Part shown: positions 29,162-46,972 of the stretch, piece by piece
How the letters are laid out: each line of letters starts with the position of its first letter
Position numbering within the stretch: position 1 is the stretch's first letter
Assembly: GCA_964016885.1 (NCBI GenBank)
Contig: OZ024741.1
Coordinates: forward strand, 410,130,001-410,194,000
Direction of reading: 5' to 3'
DNA from: Eledone cirrhosa
Taxonomy: Eukaryota
Length of the DNA: 64,000 bases
Notes under the pieces: model-generated
Database searches by the model: none
What the model was told of the DNA's origin: nothing
The model's input: only the letters and a program-made list of their open reading frames with translations
Position numbers and translations under genes: made by a program

Positions 29162-29808
29162 GTACTCTCACATATATATATATACATATAGTACTCTCAC
29201 ATATATATATATATATACATATAGTACTCTCACATACATATATACATATAGTACTCTTACATACATATATATATATATATAGTATTCTCACAGACATATA
29301 TACATATAGTACTCTCACATATATATATAGTACTCTCACACACATATATATACATATAGAACTCTCCCATACATATATATATACATATAATAATCTCACA
29401 GACATATATACATATAGTAATCTCAGACACATATATATAATACTCTCACATACACATATACACATATAGTACTCTCACATACATATAGATATAGTACTCT
29501 CACATACATATATACATATAGTACTCTCACACACATATATATATACATATAGTACTCTCAGACCCATATATATACATATAGTACTCTCACATACACATAC
29601 ATATACATGTAGTACTCTCACATACATATATATACATATACTACTCTCACACATATAAATACATATAGTACTCACACATACATATACATATAGTACTCTC
29701 ACATACATATATATACATATAGTACTCTCACATACACATATATATATGGTACTCTCCCATACATATATATGTGAGTATACTCTCACATACATATATATAT
29801 AGTACTCT

Positions 29809-29843
<35 letters not shown>

Positions 29844-31830
29844 TTAGTACTCTCTCATACACATATAAACATATAGTACTCTCACGTACATACATATAGT
29901 ACTCTAACACATATGTATATACAAATAGTACTCTCACATACATATATACATAGAGTACTCTCACATACAAATATATACATATAGTACTCTCACATACAAA
30001 TATATACATATAGTACTCTCACATACACATATATATATATATGGTACTCTCACATACATATATACATATACTACTCTCATATACATGTGTACATATTTGT
30101 ACTCTTACATACATATATATATATAGTACTCTCACATACACATATATACATATAGTACTCTCACATATATACATAGTGTACTCTCACATATATATATATA
30201 TATATACATAGAGTACCCTCACATACATATATATTTATATATACATATATATATATACTACTCTCACATACATATATACATATATTGTACTCTCACACAT
30301 ATATATACATATAGTACTCTCACATACACATATATACATATAGTACCCTCACACACATATATATACATACAGTACTCTCACATACACATATATACATATA
30401 GTACTCTCACATATATATATATACATATAGTACTCTCACACACATATATATATACTTATAGTACTCTCTCATACATATATATACATATAGTACTCTCAGA
30501 GACATATATATAATACTCTCACATATACATATACACCTATAGTACTCTCACACACATATACACCTATAGTACTCTCACACACATATATACATATAGTAGT
30601 CTCACATACACATATATACATATTGTACTCTCACATATATATAAATATATATACATATAGTAGTCTCACATACATATATATACATATACTACTCTCACAT
30701 ATATATATATACATATTGTACTCTCATACGCATATATATACATATAGTACTCTCACATACATATATATATATTGTACACTCATATACACATATATATGTA
30801 GTACTCTCACCTAGATATATACATATAGTACTCTGACATACGTACTTACATATAATACTCTCACATACATATTTACATATAGTACTCTCACATACATATA
30901 TACGTATAGTACTCTCACATACATATATATACATATAGTACTCTCACATACATATATACGTATAGTACTCTTACATACATATATATACATATAATACTCT
31001 CACATACATATTTACATATAGTTCTCTCACATACATATATATACATATAGTACTCTCACATACATATATACGTATAGTACTCTTACATACATATATATAC
31101 ATATAGTACTCTCACATACATATATACATATAGTACTCTTACATACATATATATACATATAGTACTCTCACATACATATATACATATAGTACTCTCACAT
31201 ACATATATATACATATAGTACTCTCACATACATATATACGTATAGTACTCTCACATACATATATACACATTTGTACTCTTACATACATATATATATATAG
31301 TACTCTCACATACACATATATACTTATAGTACTCTCACATATATATATATATATATATATACATAGAGTACTCTCACATATATATATACATAGATTGCTC
31401 TCACATACCTATATATACATATAATACTCTCACATACATATATATAATAGTACTCTCATATACATATATATATACATATAGTACTCTTACATACACATAT
31501 ATACATAAAGTACACTCACACATATATATATATATATACCTACAGTACTCTCACATACACATATATACATATAGTACTCTCAAATACATATATACATATA
31601 GTACTCTCACACACATATATATATATAGTACTCTCACATACACATATATACATATAGTACTCTCAAATACATATATACATATAGTACTCTCACATACATA
31701 TATATATATAGTACTCTCACATACACATATACATATAGTACTCTCACACACATATATATACAAATAGTACTCTCAAATACATATATATACATATAGTACT
31801 CTCACATTCATATATACATATAGTACTCTC

Positions 31831-31861
<31 letters not shown>

Positions 31862-34372
31862 GTACTCTCACATACACATATATATATATATAGTACTCTC
31901 ACATACATATATATATATATAGTTCTCACACATACATATATATATATATAGTACTCTCACATACACACATATATATACAGTACTCTCATATCCATATATA
32001 TATATAGTACTCTCATATATATATATATATATATATAGTACTCTCACATATATATATATATATATATATAGTGCTCTCACATACATATATATACATATAG
32101 TATTCTCACAACCATATATATATATATATATATAGTACTCTAACACACATATATACATATAGTACTCTAACACACATATATACATATAGTACTCTTACAT
32201 ACATATACATATAGTACTCTCACATACATATATACATATAGTACTCTCACATACATATATATACATATAGTACTCTAACACACATATCTACATATAGTAC
32301 TCTTACATACATATACATATAGTACTCTCACATACATATATACATATAGTACTCTCACATACACATAAATACATATAGTACTCTAACACACATATCTACA
32401 TATAGTACTCTTACATACATATACATATAGTACTCTCACATACATATATACATATAGTACTCTCACATTCATATATATATATATATAGTACTCTCAAACA
32501 CATATATATATAGTACTCTCACATATATATATACATATAGTATTCTCGCATACATATATATACATATAGTACTCTCACATACATATATATATACATAGAG
32601 TACTCTCACATACATATATATATAGTACTCGCACATACATATATATATACATATAGTACTCTCACATACATTTATATATATGGTACTCTCACATACATGT
32701 ATATATACATAGAGTACTCTCACATACATATATATATAGTACTCGCACATACATATATATATACATATAGTACTCTCACATACATATATATATATGGTAC
32801 TCTCACATACATATATATATACATAGTACTCTCACATACATATATACATGTAGTACTCTCACTTACACATATATATTTATAGTACTCACAGATACATATA
32901 TAGATATAGTATTCTCACATACATTTATATACATATAGTCCTCTAACACATATAGATATACATATAGTACTCTCACATATACACATATATACATATAGTA
33001 CTCTCACATACACATATAAACATATAGTACTCTCACATATATATAGTACTCTCACATACATATATATATACATATAGTACTCTCACATATATATATATAT
33101 ATAGTACTCTCACATACATATATATATATACATATAGTACTCTCAATTACATATATATACATATAGTACTCTCAGACACACATATATAATACTCTCACAT
33201 ACACACATACTTATAGATCTCTCACATATATATAAACATATAGTACTCTCACACACATATATACATAGAGTACTCCCACATACATATATATACATATAGT
33301 ACTCTCACATACACATATATATATACATATAATACTCTCACATGCATATATATACATATAGTACTCTCACATACATATATATATATAGTACTCTCACATA
33401 CATATATATAAATATAGTACTATCACATATAGTACTCTCACAAACATATATAGGTATTTGTACTCTCACACACATATATATACATATGGTACTCACACAT
33501 ACATATATATACATAGTCCTCTCACACACATATATATACATATGGTACTCACACATACATATATATATATATATAGAGTACTCTCACACACATATATATA
33601 CATACAGTACTCACACATACATATATATATATATAGTACTCACACATATATATCTATACATATAATATTCTCTCATAGCCATATAAACATATAGTACTCT
33701 CATACATATATAGATATAGAACTCTAACATACATATATATACATAGAGTACTCTCACATATATATATATAGTACTCTCACATATATATTATACATATAGT
33801 ACTCTGATATACCTATTTACATATAGTTATCTCACATACATATATATATATATATATATAGCTCTCATACATATATATACATATAGTACTCTCACATACA
33901 TATATACATTTAGTACTCTCATATACATGTATATATATAGTACTCTCAGATACATATATACATATAGTACTCTCACATACACATATTTATAGTACTCTCA
34001 CACATATATATATACATATAGTACTCTCAAATACACATATATACATATAGTACTCTCAAATACACATATATACATATAGTACTCTCACATACATATATAC
34101 ATATAGTACTCTCACATAAACATATATATATATATAGTACTGTCACATACATATACATATATATAGTACTCTCATATACATATATATAGTACTCTCACAC
34201 ACATATATATACATATAGTACTCTCACATTCATATATACATATAGTACTCTCACATACATATATATAGATATATAGTACTCTCACATACATATAAACATA
34301 TAGTACTCTCAGATATATATATATATATAGAGAGAGAACTCTCACATACTCATATATATATAGTACTCTCAC

Positions 34373-34404
<32 letters not shown>

Positions 34405-37400
34405 CTCACATATATATATATATAGTACTCTCCCACACATATATATACATATAGTACTCTCACATAGACATATATACATATAGTACTCTCACATACATAT
34501 ATACATATATATAGTATTCTCACATACGTACATATATATATATATATATATATAGTACTCTCACATATATATATATATATATAGTACTCTCACATACATA
34601 TATACATATAGCACTCTCACATAAACATATATATATATATATAGTACTCTCACATATATATATATACATCTAGTACACTCACATACATATATATATAGAG
34701 TGCTCTCACATAAATATATATACTTATAGTTCTTTCACATACATACATATACATATAGTACTCTCACACACATATATACATATATTACTCTCACATACAT
34801 ATATATATACATGTAGTACTCTCATATACATATATACAGAGAGTACTCTCACATACACAGATATATATATAATACTCTCACATACATATATATACATATA
34901 GTACTCTCACATACATATACATATAAACTACTCTCACATACGTATATATAGTACTCTCACATACATATATATATAGTACTCTCACACACATATATATACA
35001 CATAGTACTCTGACATTCATATATACATATCGTACTCTCACATACATATATATATATAGTACTTTCACATACATATACAAATTTAGTACTCTCACATATA
35101 TATAGAGAGAGAGAACTCTCACATATATATATAGTACTCTCACATCCATATATATAGTACTCTCACATACACATATATATAGTACTCTCACATCCATATA
35201 TATAGTACTCTCCCATACATATATATATATATATATAGTACTCTCACATATATATATATAGTACTCTCCCAAATATATATAAACATATAGTACTTTCACA
35301 TACATATATACATATAGTACTCTCACATATATATACATATAGTACTCTCACATACACACATATATACATATCATACTCTCAAATACACATATATACATAT
35401 ATACATAGAGTACTCTCACATGTATATATATATACATATAGTACTCTGACATACATATATATATAGTACTCTCACATACATATATACATATAGTACTCTC
35501 ACATACATATATACATATAGTACTCTCACATACATATATATATATATATAGTATTGTCACATACATATATACATATAGTACCCTGACACACATATTTACA
35601 TGTAGTACTCTCACGTACATATATACATATAGTACTCTCACATTACATATATATATAGTACTCTCACACATATATATATATATACATATAGCACTCTCAC
35701 ATAGATATATGTATATATAGTACTCCCACATACATATATATACATATAATACTCTCACATACATATATATACATATAGTACTCTCTCATACATATATATA
35801 GTACTCTCACATACATATATACATATAGTACTCTCACATACAATATACATATAGTACTCTCACATACATATATATTACTCTCACACACATATATATATAT
35901 ATACATATAGTACTCTCAAATACACATATATACATATAGTACTCTCACATACATATATACATATAGTATTCTCATATAAACATATATATAGTACTCTCAC
36001 ATACACATATATACATATAGTACTCACACATATATATATATATACATATAGTACTCTCACATACACATATATACATATAGTACTCACACATATATATATA
36101 AATATAGTACTCTCTCACACATATATATAGACATAGAGTACTCTCCTATACTTATATATACATATAGTACTCTCACATACATATACATACATATAGTACT
36201 CTCACATACATATATATATAATGCTCTCACATACATATATATACATACTGTACTCTCACATACATATATACATATAGTACTCTCACATACACATATATAC
36301 ATATAGTACTCTCACATACATATACATATAGTACTCTCTCACACATATATACATATAGTACTCTGTCACACATATATACATATAGTACTCTCACATACAT
36401 ATACATATAGTACTCTCGCACACATATATACATATAGTACTCTCACATACGTATATATAGATATAGTACTCTCACATACATATATACATATAGTACTCTC
36501 ACATATATATATATATAGTATTCTCACATATATATATATATACATATAGTACTCTCACATACATATATATATAGTACTCTCACATATATATATATACATA
36601 AAGTACTCTCGCATACATATATATACATATAGTACTCTCACATATATATATATAAATATATAGTACTCTCACATATATATATATAGTACTCTCACATATA
36701 CATATATATATAGTACTCTCACATACATATATATATGTAGTACTTTCACACATATAGATATACATATAGTACTCTCACATACATACATATATATATATAG
36801 TACTCTCACATATATATATATATTGTACTCTCACATATATATATACATATAGTACACTCACACACATACATACATATAGTACTCTCACATACATATACAT
36901 ATAGTACTCTCACACACATATATACATATGGTACTCTCACATACATATATATACATATAGTACTCTCACATACATATATACATATAGTACTCTCACATAC
37001 ATTTATATACATATAGTACTCTCTCATACACATATAAACATATAGTACTCTCACATACATATATACATATAGTATTCTCACATACATATATACATATAGT
37101 ACTCTCCATTACATATTTAAATATAGTACTCTCACATAAATATATATACATATAGTAATCTCATATACAAATATATATATATAGTACTCTCACATACACA
37201 TATAGATATAGTACTCTCACCTACAAATATACATATAGTACTCTCACATACATATATATACATATAGTACTCTCAGTTATGTATATTCATAGAGTATGTA
37301 CTCTCACGTACACATATAGATATAGTACTCTCACCTACAAATATACATATTTGTACTCTCACATACATATATATATACATAGAGTATTCTCACATATATA

Positions 37401-37450
37401 TATATATGTACATATACTTTCACATACATATATACATATATACTACTCTC

Positions 37451-37488
<38 letters not shown>

Positions 37489-38011
37489 CTCACATACATA
37501 TATATACATATAGTACTCTCCCACACACATATATATATATATATTACGCTCACATACATATATACATATAGTACTCTCACATACATATATATACATATAG
37601 TACTCTCACATACATATATATATACATACAGTACTCTTACATACATATATACATATCGTACTCTCACATACATACATATACATATTGTTCTCTCACATAC
37701 ATATATATATAGTACTCTCACATACATATATATATATAGTACTCTCACATACATATATATATAGTACTCTCCCACACATATGTATATATATAGTACTCTC
37801 ACATACACATATATACATATAGTACTCTCACATACATATACATATAGTACTCTCACACACATATATACATATAGTACTCTCACATACATATATATGATTA
37901 TAGTACTCTCACATATATATATATAGTACACTCACATACATATATATACATGTAGTACTCTCACATACATATATATATCGTACTCCCACATACGTATATA
38001 TATCGTACCCC

Positions 38012-38048
<37 letters not shown>

Positions 38049-40041
38049 CTCACATATATATACATAGAGTACTCTCTCATACACATATATACATATAGTA
38101 CTCTCACATATATATATTCATATAGTACTCTCACATACATATACACACATATAGTACTCTCACTTACATATATATGTATATATATATATTACTCTCGCAT
38201 ACATATATACATATAGTACTCTCACATACAAAAATACGTATTTGTACTCTCACATACATATATATACATATAGTACTCTCAGACTCACATATATAATACT
38301 CTGACATATACATATACACATATTGTACTCTCACATATATATATACATATACTACTCTCGCATACATATATTATTCTCGCATACGTATAGTACTCTCACA
38401 CACATATATACATATAGTACTGTCACATACACATATATACATAAAGTACACTCACATACATATATATACATATAGTACTCTCACCCACATATATATATAG
38501 TACTCTCACATACATATATATAAATATAATACTCTCACATACATATAAATACATATAAAACACTCACACATATATATATATATACATATAGTACTCTCAC
38601 ATACACATATATATATATGGTACTCTCACATACATATATATACATATAGTACTCTCACATACATATGTATACATATAGTACTCTCACATACACATATATA
38701 TATATGGTACTCTCACATACATATATATATAGTAATCTCACATATATATATATACATATAGTACTCTCTCATACACATATAAACATATAGTACTCTCACA
38801 TACATATATATACATATAGTACTCTCACATACATATATATATATATAGTACTCTCACATACATATATATACATATAGTACTCTCATATATATATATATAT
38901 ATATATGTATAGTACTTTCACACATATATATATATAGTACACTGACATGCATATATACATATAGTACTCTCTCATACACATATAAACATATAGTACTCTC
39001 ACATACATATATATACATATAGTACTCTCATATATATATATATGTATAGTACTCTCACACATACATATATATAGTACTCTCACATGCATATATACATATA
39101 GTACTCTCACACATATATATACATATATTACTCTTACATACATATATACACATAGTACTCTCACATACATATATATATATATATATATAGTACTCTCACA
39201 TATATATATTCAGATAGTACTCTCACATGCATATTTACATATAGTACTCTCATATACATATATATAGAGTTCACACATATATATACAAATAGTACTCTCA
39301 CATACATATATACATATAGTACTCTCACATACATATATATACATATAGTACTCTCACATTCATATATACGTATAGTACTCTCACATACATATATACATAT
39401 TTGTACTCTTATATACATATATATATATATAGTACTCTCACATACATATATATACATATAGTACTCTCACATACATATATATACATATAGAACTCTCACA
39501 TTCATATATATTTACATATAATACTCTCACACATATATATACATATAGTAATCTCACAAACATATATATACATATAGTACTCTCACACATATATACATAT
39601 AGTACTCTCAAATACATATATATACATATAGTACTCTCTCATACACATATATAGTACACTCACACATACATATATATAGTACTCTCACATACATATATAC
39701 ATATAGTATTTTCACACATATATATACATATACTACTCTCACATACATACATATACATATATTACTCTCACATATATATATTCATATAGTACTCTCACAT
39801 ACATAGTTACATATAGTACTCTCACATACATATAGACATATAGTACTCTCACATACATATTTATACATATAGTACTCTCACATACATATATATATATAGT
39901 ACTCTCACATACATATATACATAAAGTACTCTCAAATACATATATGCATATTTGTACTCTCACATACATATATATAGTACTCTCATATACACATATATAC
40001 ATATAGTACTCTCAGATATATATATATACATAGAGTACTCT

Positions 40042-40089
<48 letters not shown>

Positions 40090-40458
40090 ACTCTCACATA
40101 TATATATATATATATACACATAGAGTACTCTCACATATATATATATATACATATAGTATTCTCACATACATATATACATATATAGTACTCTCACATACCC
40201 ATATATATATATATATAGTACTCTCACATACATATATATATCCTTCCCCCACATACATATATATATATCTATAGTATTCTCACGTACATATATATATATA
40301 TATATATAGTACTCTCACATATATATATACATAGAGTACTCTCTCATACACATATAAACATATAGTACTCTCACGTACATATATGCATATAGTACTCTCA
40401 CATATATATATTCATATAGTACTCTCACATACATATATACACATATAGTACTCTCACT

Positions 40459-40518
<60 letters not shown>

Positions 40519-41843
40519 GTACTCTCACATACAAAAATACGTATTTGTACTCTCACATACATATATATACATATAGTACTCTCACATACATATATACATA
40601 TATAGTACTCTCATATACATATATATATATATATATAATACTCTTACATCCATATATATATAGTACTCTCACATACATATATATACATATAATACTCTCA
40701 CATACAGATATAGACATATAGTCCTCTCACACACATATATATATATATATAGTACTCTCCCACATACATATATATACATATAGTACTCTCAGACTCACAT
40801 ATATAATACTCTCACATATACATATACACATATAGTACTCTCACATATATATATACATATAGTACTCTCACATACACATATATACATAAAGTACACTCAC
40901 ATACATATATATACATATGGTACACTCACATACATGTATATACATATAGTACTCTCACATACATGTATACATATAGTACTCTCACATACACATATATATA
41001 TATATAGTACTCTCACATACATATATATACATATAGTACTCTCACATACATATAGACATACAGTACTCTCACTTGCATATATACATATAGTACTCTCACA
41101 TACACATATATATGGTCCTCTCACATACATTTATACACATATAGTACTCTCACTTATATATATAGTACTCTCACACATACATATATGTATATATAGTACT
41201 CTCACATACATATATATATATAGTACTCTCACACATATATATACATATACTACTCTCACATACAGATATATACATATAGTAATCTCACATATATATGTAT
41301 ATATATAGTACTCTGACATATATATATTACTCTCACATACATATGTATATATATAGTACTCTCACATATATATATTACTCTCACATACATCTATATATAT
41401 TGTACTCTCACATATATATATATACATATAGTACTCTCACATACACATATATACATATAGTACTCTCACATATATATATACATATAGTACTCTCACATAG
41501 ATATATATACATATAGTACTCTCACATACACACATATACATATAATACTCTCACATACATATATATATACATATAGTACTCTCACACATATATATATATA
41601 CATATAGTACTCTCACACATATATATATATATACATATAGTACTCTAACATATATATATATATATATATACATATAGTTCTCTCACGTATATATATATAT
41701 ATACATATAGTACTCTCACATACATATATATATATATATAGTACTCTCACATACATATATATATATACATATAGTACTCTCACATACATATATATATATA
41801 CATATAGTTCTCTCACACAGATATATATACATATAATACTCTC

Positions 41844-41874
<31 letters not shown>

Positions 41875-42521
41875 GTACTCTCACATATATATATATACAT
41901 ATAGTACTCTCACATATATATATATATATACATATAGTACTCTCACATACATATATACATATAGTACTCTTACATACATATATATATATATATAGTATTC
42001 TCACAGACATATATACATATAGTACTCTCACATATATATATAGTACTCTCACACACATATATATACATATAGAACTCTCCCATACATATATATATACATA
42101 TAATAATCTCACAGACATATATACATATAGTAATCTCAGACACATATATATAATACTCTCACATACACATATACACATATAGTACTCTCACATACATATA
42201 GATATAGTACTCTCACATACATATATACATATAGTACTCTCACACACATATATATATACATATAGTACTCTCAGACCCATATATATACATATAGTACTCT
42301 CACATACACATACATATACATGTAGTACTCTCACATACATATATATACATATACTACTCTCACACATATAAATACATATAGTACTCACACATACATATAC
42401 ATATAGTACTCTCACATACATATATATACATATAGTACTCTCACATACACATATATATATGGTACTCTCCCATACATATATATGTGAGTATACTCTCACA
42501 TACATATATATATAGTACTCT

Positions 42522-42556
<35 letters not shown>

Positions 42557-44745
42557 TTAGTACTCTCTCATACACATATAAACATATAGTACTCTCACGT
42601 ACATACATATAGTACTCTAACACATATGTATATACAAATAGTACTCTCACATACATATATACATAGAGTACTCTCACATACAAATATATACATATAGTAC
42701 TCTCACATACAAATATATACATATAGTACTCTCACATACACATATATATATATATGGTACTCTCACATACATATATACATATACTACTCTCATATACATG
42801 TGTACATATTTGTACTCTTACATACATATATATATATAGTACTCTCACATACACATATATACATATAGTACTCTCACATATATACATAGTGTACTCTCAC
42901 ATATATATATATATATATACATAGAGTACCCTCACATACATATATATTTATATATACATATATATATATACTACTCTCACATACATATATACATATATTG
43001 TACTCTCACACATATATATACATATAGTACTCTCACATACACATATATACATATAGTACCCTCACACACATATATATACATACAGTACTCTCACATACAC
43101 ATATATACATATAGTACTCTCACATATATATATATACATATAGTACTCTCACACACATATATATATACTTATAGTACTCTCTCATACATATATATACATA
43201 TAGTACTCTCAGAGACATATATATAATACTCTCACATATACATATACACCTATAGTACTCTCACACACATATACACCTATAGTACTCTCACACACATATA
43301 TACATATAGTAGTCTCACATACACATATATACATATTGTACTCTCACATATATATAAATATATATACATATAGTAGTCTCACATACATATATATACATAT
43401 ACTACTCTCACATATATATATATACATATTGTACTCTCATACGCATATATATACATATAGTACTCTCACATACATATATATATATTGTACACTCATATAC
43501 ACATATATATGTAGTACTCTCACCTAGATATATACATATAGTACTCTGACATACGTACTTACATATAATACTCTCACATACATATTTACATATAGTACTC
43601 TCACATACATATATACGTATAGTACTCTCACATACATATATATACATATAGTACTCTCACATACATATATACGTATAGTACTCTTACATACATATATATA
43701 CATATAATACTCTCACATACATATTTACATATAGTTCTCTCACATACATATATATACATATAGTACTCTCACATACATATATACGTATAGTACTCTTACA
43801 TACATATATATACATATAGTACTCTCACATACATATATACATATAGTACTCTTACATACATATATATACATATAGTACTCTCACATACATATATACATAT
43901 AGTACTCTCACATACATATATATACATATAGTACTCTCACATACATATATACGTATAGTACTCTCACATACATATATACACATTTGTACTCTTACATACA
44001 TATATATATATAGTACTCTCACATACACATATATACTTATAGTACTCTCACATATATATATATATATATATATACATAGAGTACTCTCACATATATATAT
44101 ACATAGATTGCTCTCACATACCTATATATACATATAATACTCTCACATACATATATATAATAGTACTCTCATATACATATATATATACATATAGTACTCT
44201 TACATACACATATATACATAAAGTACACTCACACATATATATATATATATACCTACAGTACTCTCACATACACATATATACATATAGTACTCTCAAATAC
44301 ATATATACATATAGTACTCTCACACACATATATATATATAGTACTCTCACATACACATATATACATATAGTACTCTCAAATACATATATACATATAGTAC
44401 TCTCACATACATATATATATATAGTACTCTCACATACACATATACATATAGTACTCTCACACACATATATATACAAATAGTACTCTCAAATACATATATA
44501 TACATATAGTACTCTCACTTATATATATATATATAGTACTCTCACATACACATATACATATAGTACTCTCACATACACATATATATATAGTACTCTCACA
44601 TACATATATATATATAGTACTCTCACATACATATATATACATATAGTACTCTCACATACATATATATAGTACTCTCACACATATATATACATATAGTACT
44701 CCCCCCTATATATACACATATACATATATAGTACTTTCCCATACA
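17827..44745. repeat. Satellite, main block: TAGTACTCTCAC cores with length-variable (AT/AC)n spacers
   Basis: Direct inspection; many degenerate cores; decays after about 44700. Confidence 0.97.
19048..44518. repeat. Near-identical 12.7-kb tandem duplication inside the satellite (about 19048-31790 and 31791-44518)
   Basis: Identical ORF-track translations and diagnostic variants recur at offsets 12735 to 12713 (19734/32469, 24548/37279, 28184/40897, 31551/44264). Confidence 0.95.
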
Positions 44746-45107
44746 CACATACTATGTACCACTCTCACACACTCACTCATACATGTAGCTCTCACGCCCC
44801 CATACACACACATACATACATCTCTTACTGCTACACACACATACATCTGGTACATACACATACGGCTGGTACACACACACACACACATACATCTGGTACA
44901 CACACAGACGCACATCATGTACTTCGACTCCCACACAGCCACATACATCTAGCACACAACAAAAGCCCCTCCCACCAGGGGCACATTAATCTGCTACTTT
45001 TACATGATATTAACATGGAGCTTTGCTAGAATGGTAAACATTCCAGTCTCTTTCACAGAATATGGAAGGAATATATTAGGTTAACGCTTGATAGAGCAGG
45101 AAGAGGG

Positions 45108-45143
45108 TCTTAACGTTTCGGACGCTAGTCCTTCATCAGAAGA
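45108..45143 (-). ncRNA. Minimal type I hammerhead ribozyme (PLE-type)
   Basis: Minus strand TCTT-CTGATGA-A-GGAC-TAGC-GTCC-GAAACGTT-AAGA: intact core, stem II, palindromic stem III, stem I TCTT/AAGA. Confidence 0.75.
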
Positions 45144-45189
45144 AAGAATGAGAAATAAAATAGATTGAGAGGACGGGTGTGATGGAATT

Positions 45190-45238
<49 letters not shown>

Positions 45239-45283
45239 CGATATTAAATAAATGGAAACTATATTTATAAAACCATATTTATT

Positions 45284-45340
45284 CTATTATATATATTTCA
45301 ATGGTACCAAAACTTTGGTACGCTTTCATCAGATAAAATA
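45284..45340 (-). ncRNA. Hammerhead ribozyme motif, left PLE arm
   Basis: CTGATGA-AAGCGTACCAAAGTTTTGGTACCATT-GAAATATA on the minus strand. Confidence 0.7.
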
Positions 45341-45691
45341 CAAAATTTGTTTTATAAATTTTGACATAACAAGAAAAGATACCTTAACGGTTCGAGTTTT
45401 TCTTAGATAGTGAAGGAAAAGAGAGGAAAAGTCAGATATTTCAAATTATTAAGATGAGTATGCAAATGAGGTTGAGATATAGGGCTGAAAAAACGTTATT
45501 TTAGACACTATGCAGAATTTAAATAATTAGGATATATGTATGTATGAGTAGGAAGAAAAAAAAAAGAAAGAAGAGCTTGTATTTACGTTAATTTAAAAGG
45601 AATTAACAATTTGCGGGAATGGTGGAATATGATTCCAGAATTTAAATTTATTTAGCTATATTATGAGTTATAACATTGTATATATAATCAA

Positions 45692-46626
45692 CTAGCAGTA
45701 AAGCCCGGCGTTGCTCGGGGTCGCTCAGTAGCTGTGTTAAAGTTACAATGTTAAGTTTCTTTCTTGGCTTAAAAACTGTAGTGTCTACTGTGCAGACTTG
45801 CATGTGGTGTTTTTGATTAATATTCCCTCAACCAACAATATGCCTTATGAAGTTAAGAAAACATAACGATAACCCGAATGTTATAACAAAAGAGGATGCT
45901 TGGGATAGAAACTGCACTGGTTATTTATTAACAAAGATCGAAAATGTAAACACTGCAACGCAGAGAAAAACATTAGCGTAACCAAATTATCAGTTATGTC
46001 TGTCTGCACGCCTATATCACCTCTCTGCACGACTGTCTGTCTGCACGCCTATATCACCTCTCTGCACGACTGTCTGTCTGCACGCCTATATCACCTCTCT
46101 GCACGACTGTCTGTCTGCACGCCTATATCACCTCTCTGCACGACTATCTGTCTGCACGCGTATATCACCTCTCTGCACGACTGTCTGTCTGCACGCCTAA
46201 CGACGAAATATTTGCTTGTTTTACGTAGTCTTTAAATAGACTTGTTTTCAAGTAAAAATATTGTTTTAAAATGCTTTTAAATGGAAATGAAGCAAAACGG
46301 AAGCTTAGTGTTCGAACTGATGAATTTTGCAGGTCAATATTTTGCTGGCTCGACAACTGTTAAAGCCAGCGTAATTTTTTACGTAAGACGCTCAATGTAA
46401 ACAGAACAAAGGGAAATAACTGATAACTTACGCTCAAAAATCGATACATTATATTCGATTTCGTCACATAGGGTGGGTAAATTTGAAATATTTTTTTTCC
46501 GATGTCTTCGCTAGGGCTCAATGTACAAGTATAGCAATTTCGGTGCAATTCCGTGAGAGATTCTAAGAGGAGATGTGTGCCAAAAATCGATAGACAGACA
46601 GACAACCACAGTTTTATATATATAGA
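45692..46626 (-). mobile_element. Non-autonomous Helitron (935 bp)
   Basis: Minus strand starts TC(TATATATATAAAA), ends with hairpin CCCGAGCAACGCCGGG then CTAG; inserted between A and T with no TSD; empty site seen at about 49820-49850. Confidence 0.92.
45997..46198. repeat. 37-bp tandem repeat, about 5.5 copies, inside the Helitron
   Basis: Unit TGTCTGTCTGCACGCCTATATCACCTCTCTGCACGAC starting at 45997, 46034, 46071 and onward. Confidence 0.95.
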
Positions 46627-46972
46627 TTACATTATATGAAGAATTATGGTTATAAGTAGATTTTATCTTATTACATTAGAACAGGTTGTAAGTATATAAA
46701 TATCTATATAGATTAATAATTGTGCATGTATAAGTATTATAGAAATAGAAATAAGTTACAATTATTAGTTGTTTACATTTCTAATATGAGTTACGAAGGA
46801 TGTTGATTTTGAATTTTACATAAAATACAGGTAGTTCAAGTTGTAAGAGGAGTACAATTTGTAGATTCAAATATTTTGTTCCAACATTGAAAATGTTTTC
46901 AGAATATTGTTAATTTAGCGAAGTTATATAGTTTATCATACATATTATATTTTAATATAATGTTTATGTTTG

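Noticed and set aside
10386-44745. CRISPR-like layout of constant repeat plus variable spacer
   Set aside because: The core is only 12 bp, spacers are low-complexity (AT/AC)n of variable length, there are no cas genes, and the context is eukaryotic satellite.
10366-44955. Numerous Y/I/V/C/H-rich ORFs in the ORF track
   Set aside because: Translations of satellite and microsatellite sequence with no domain content.
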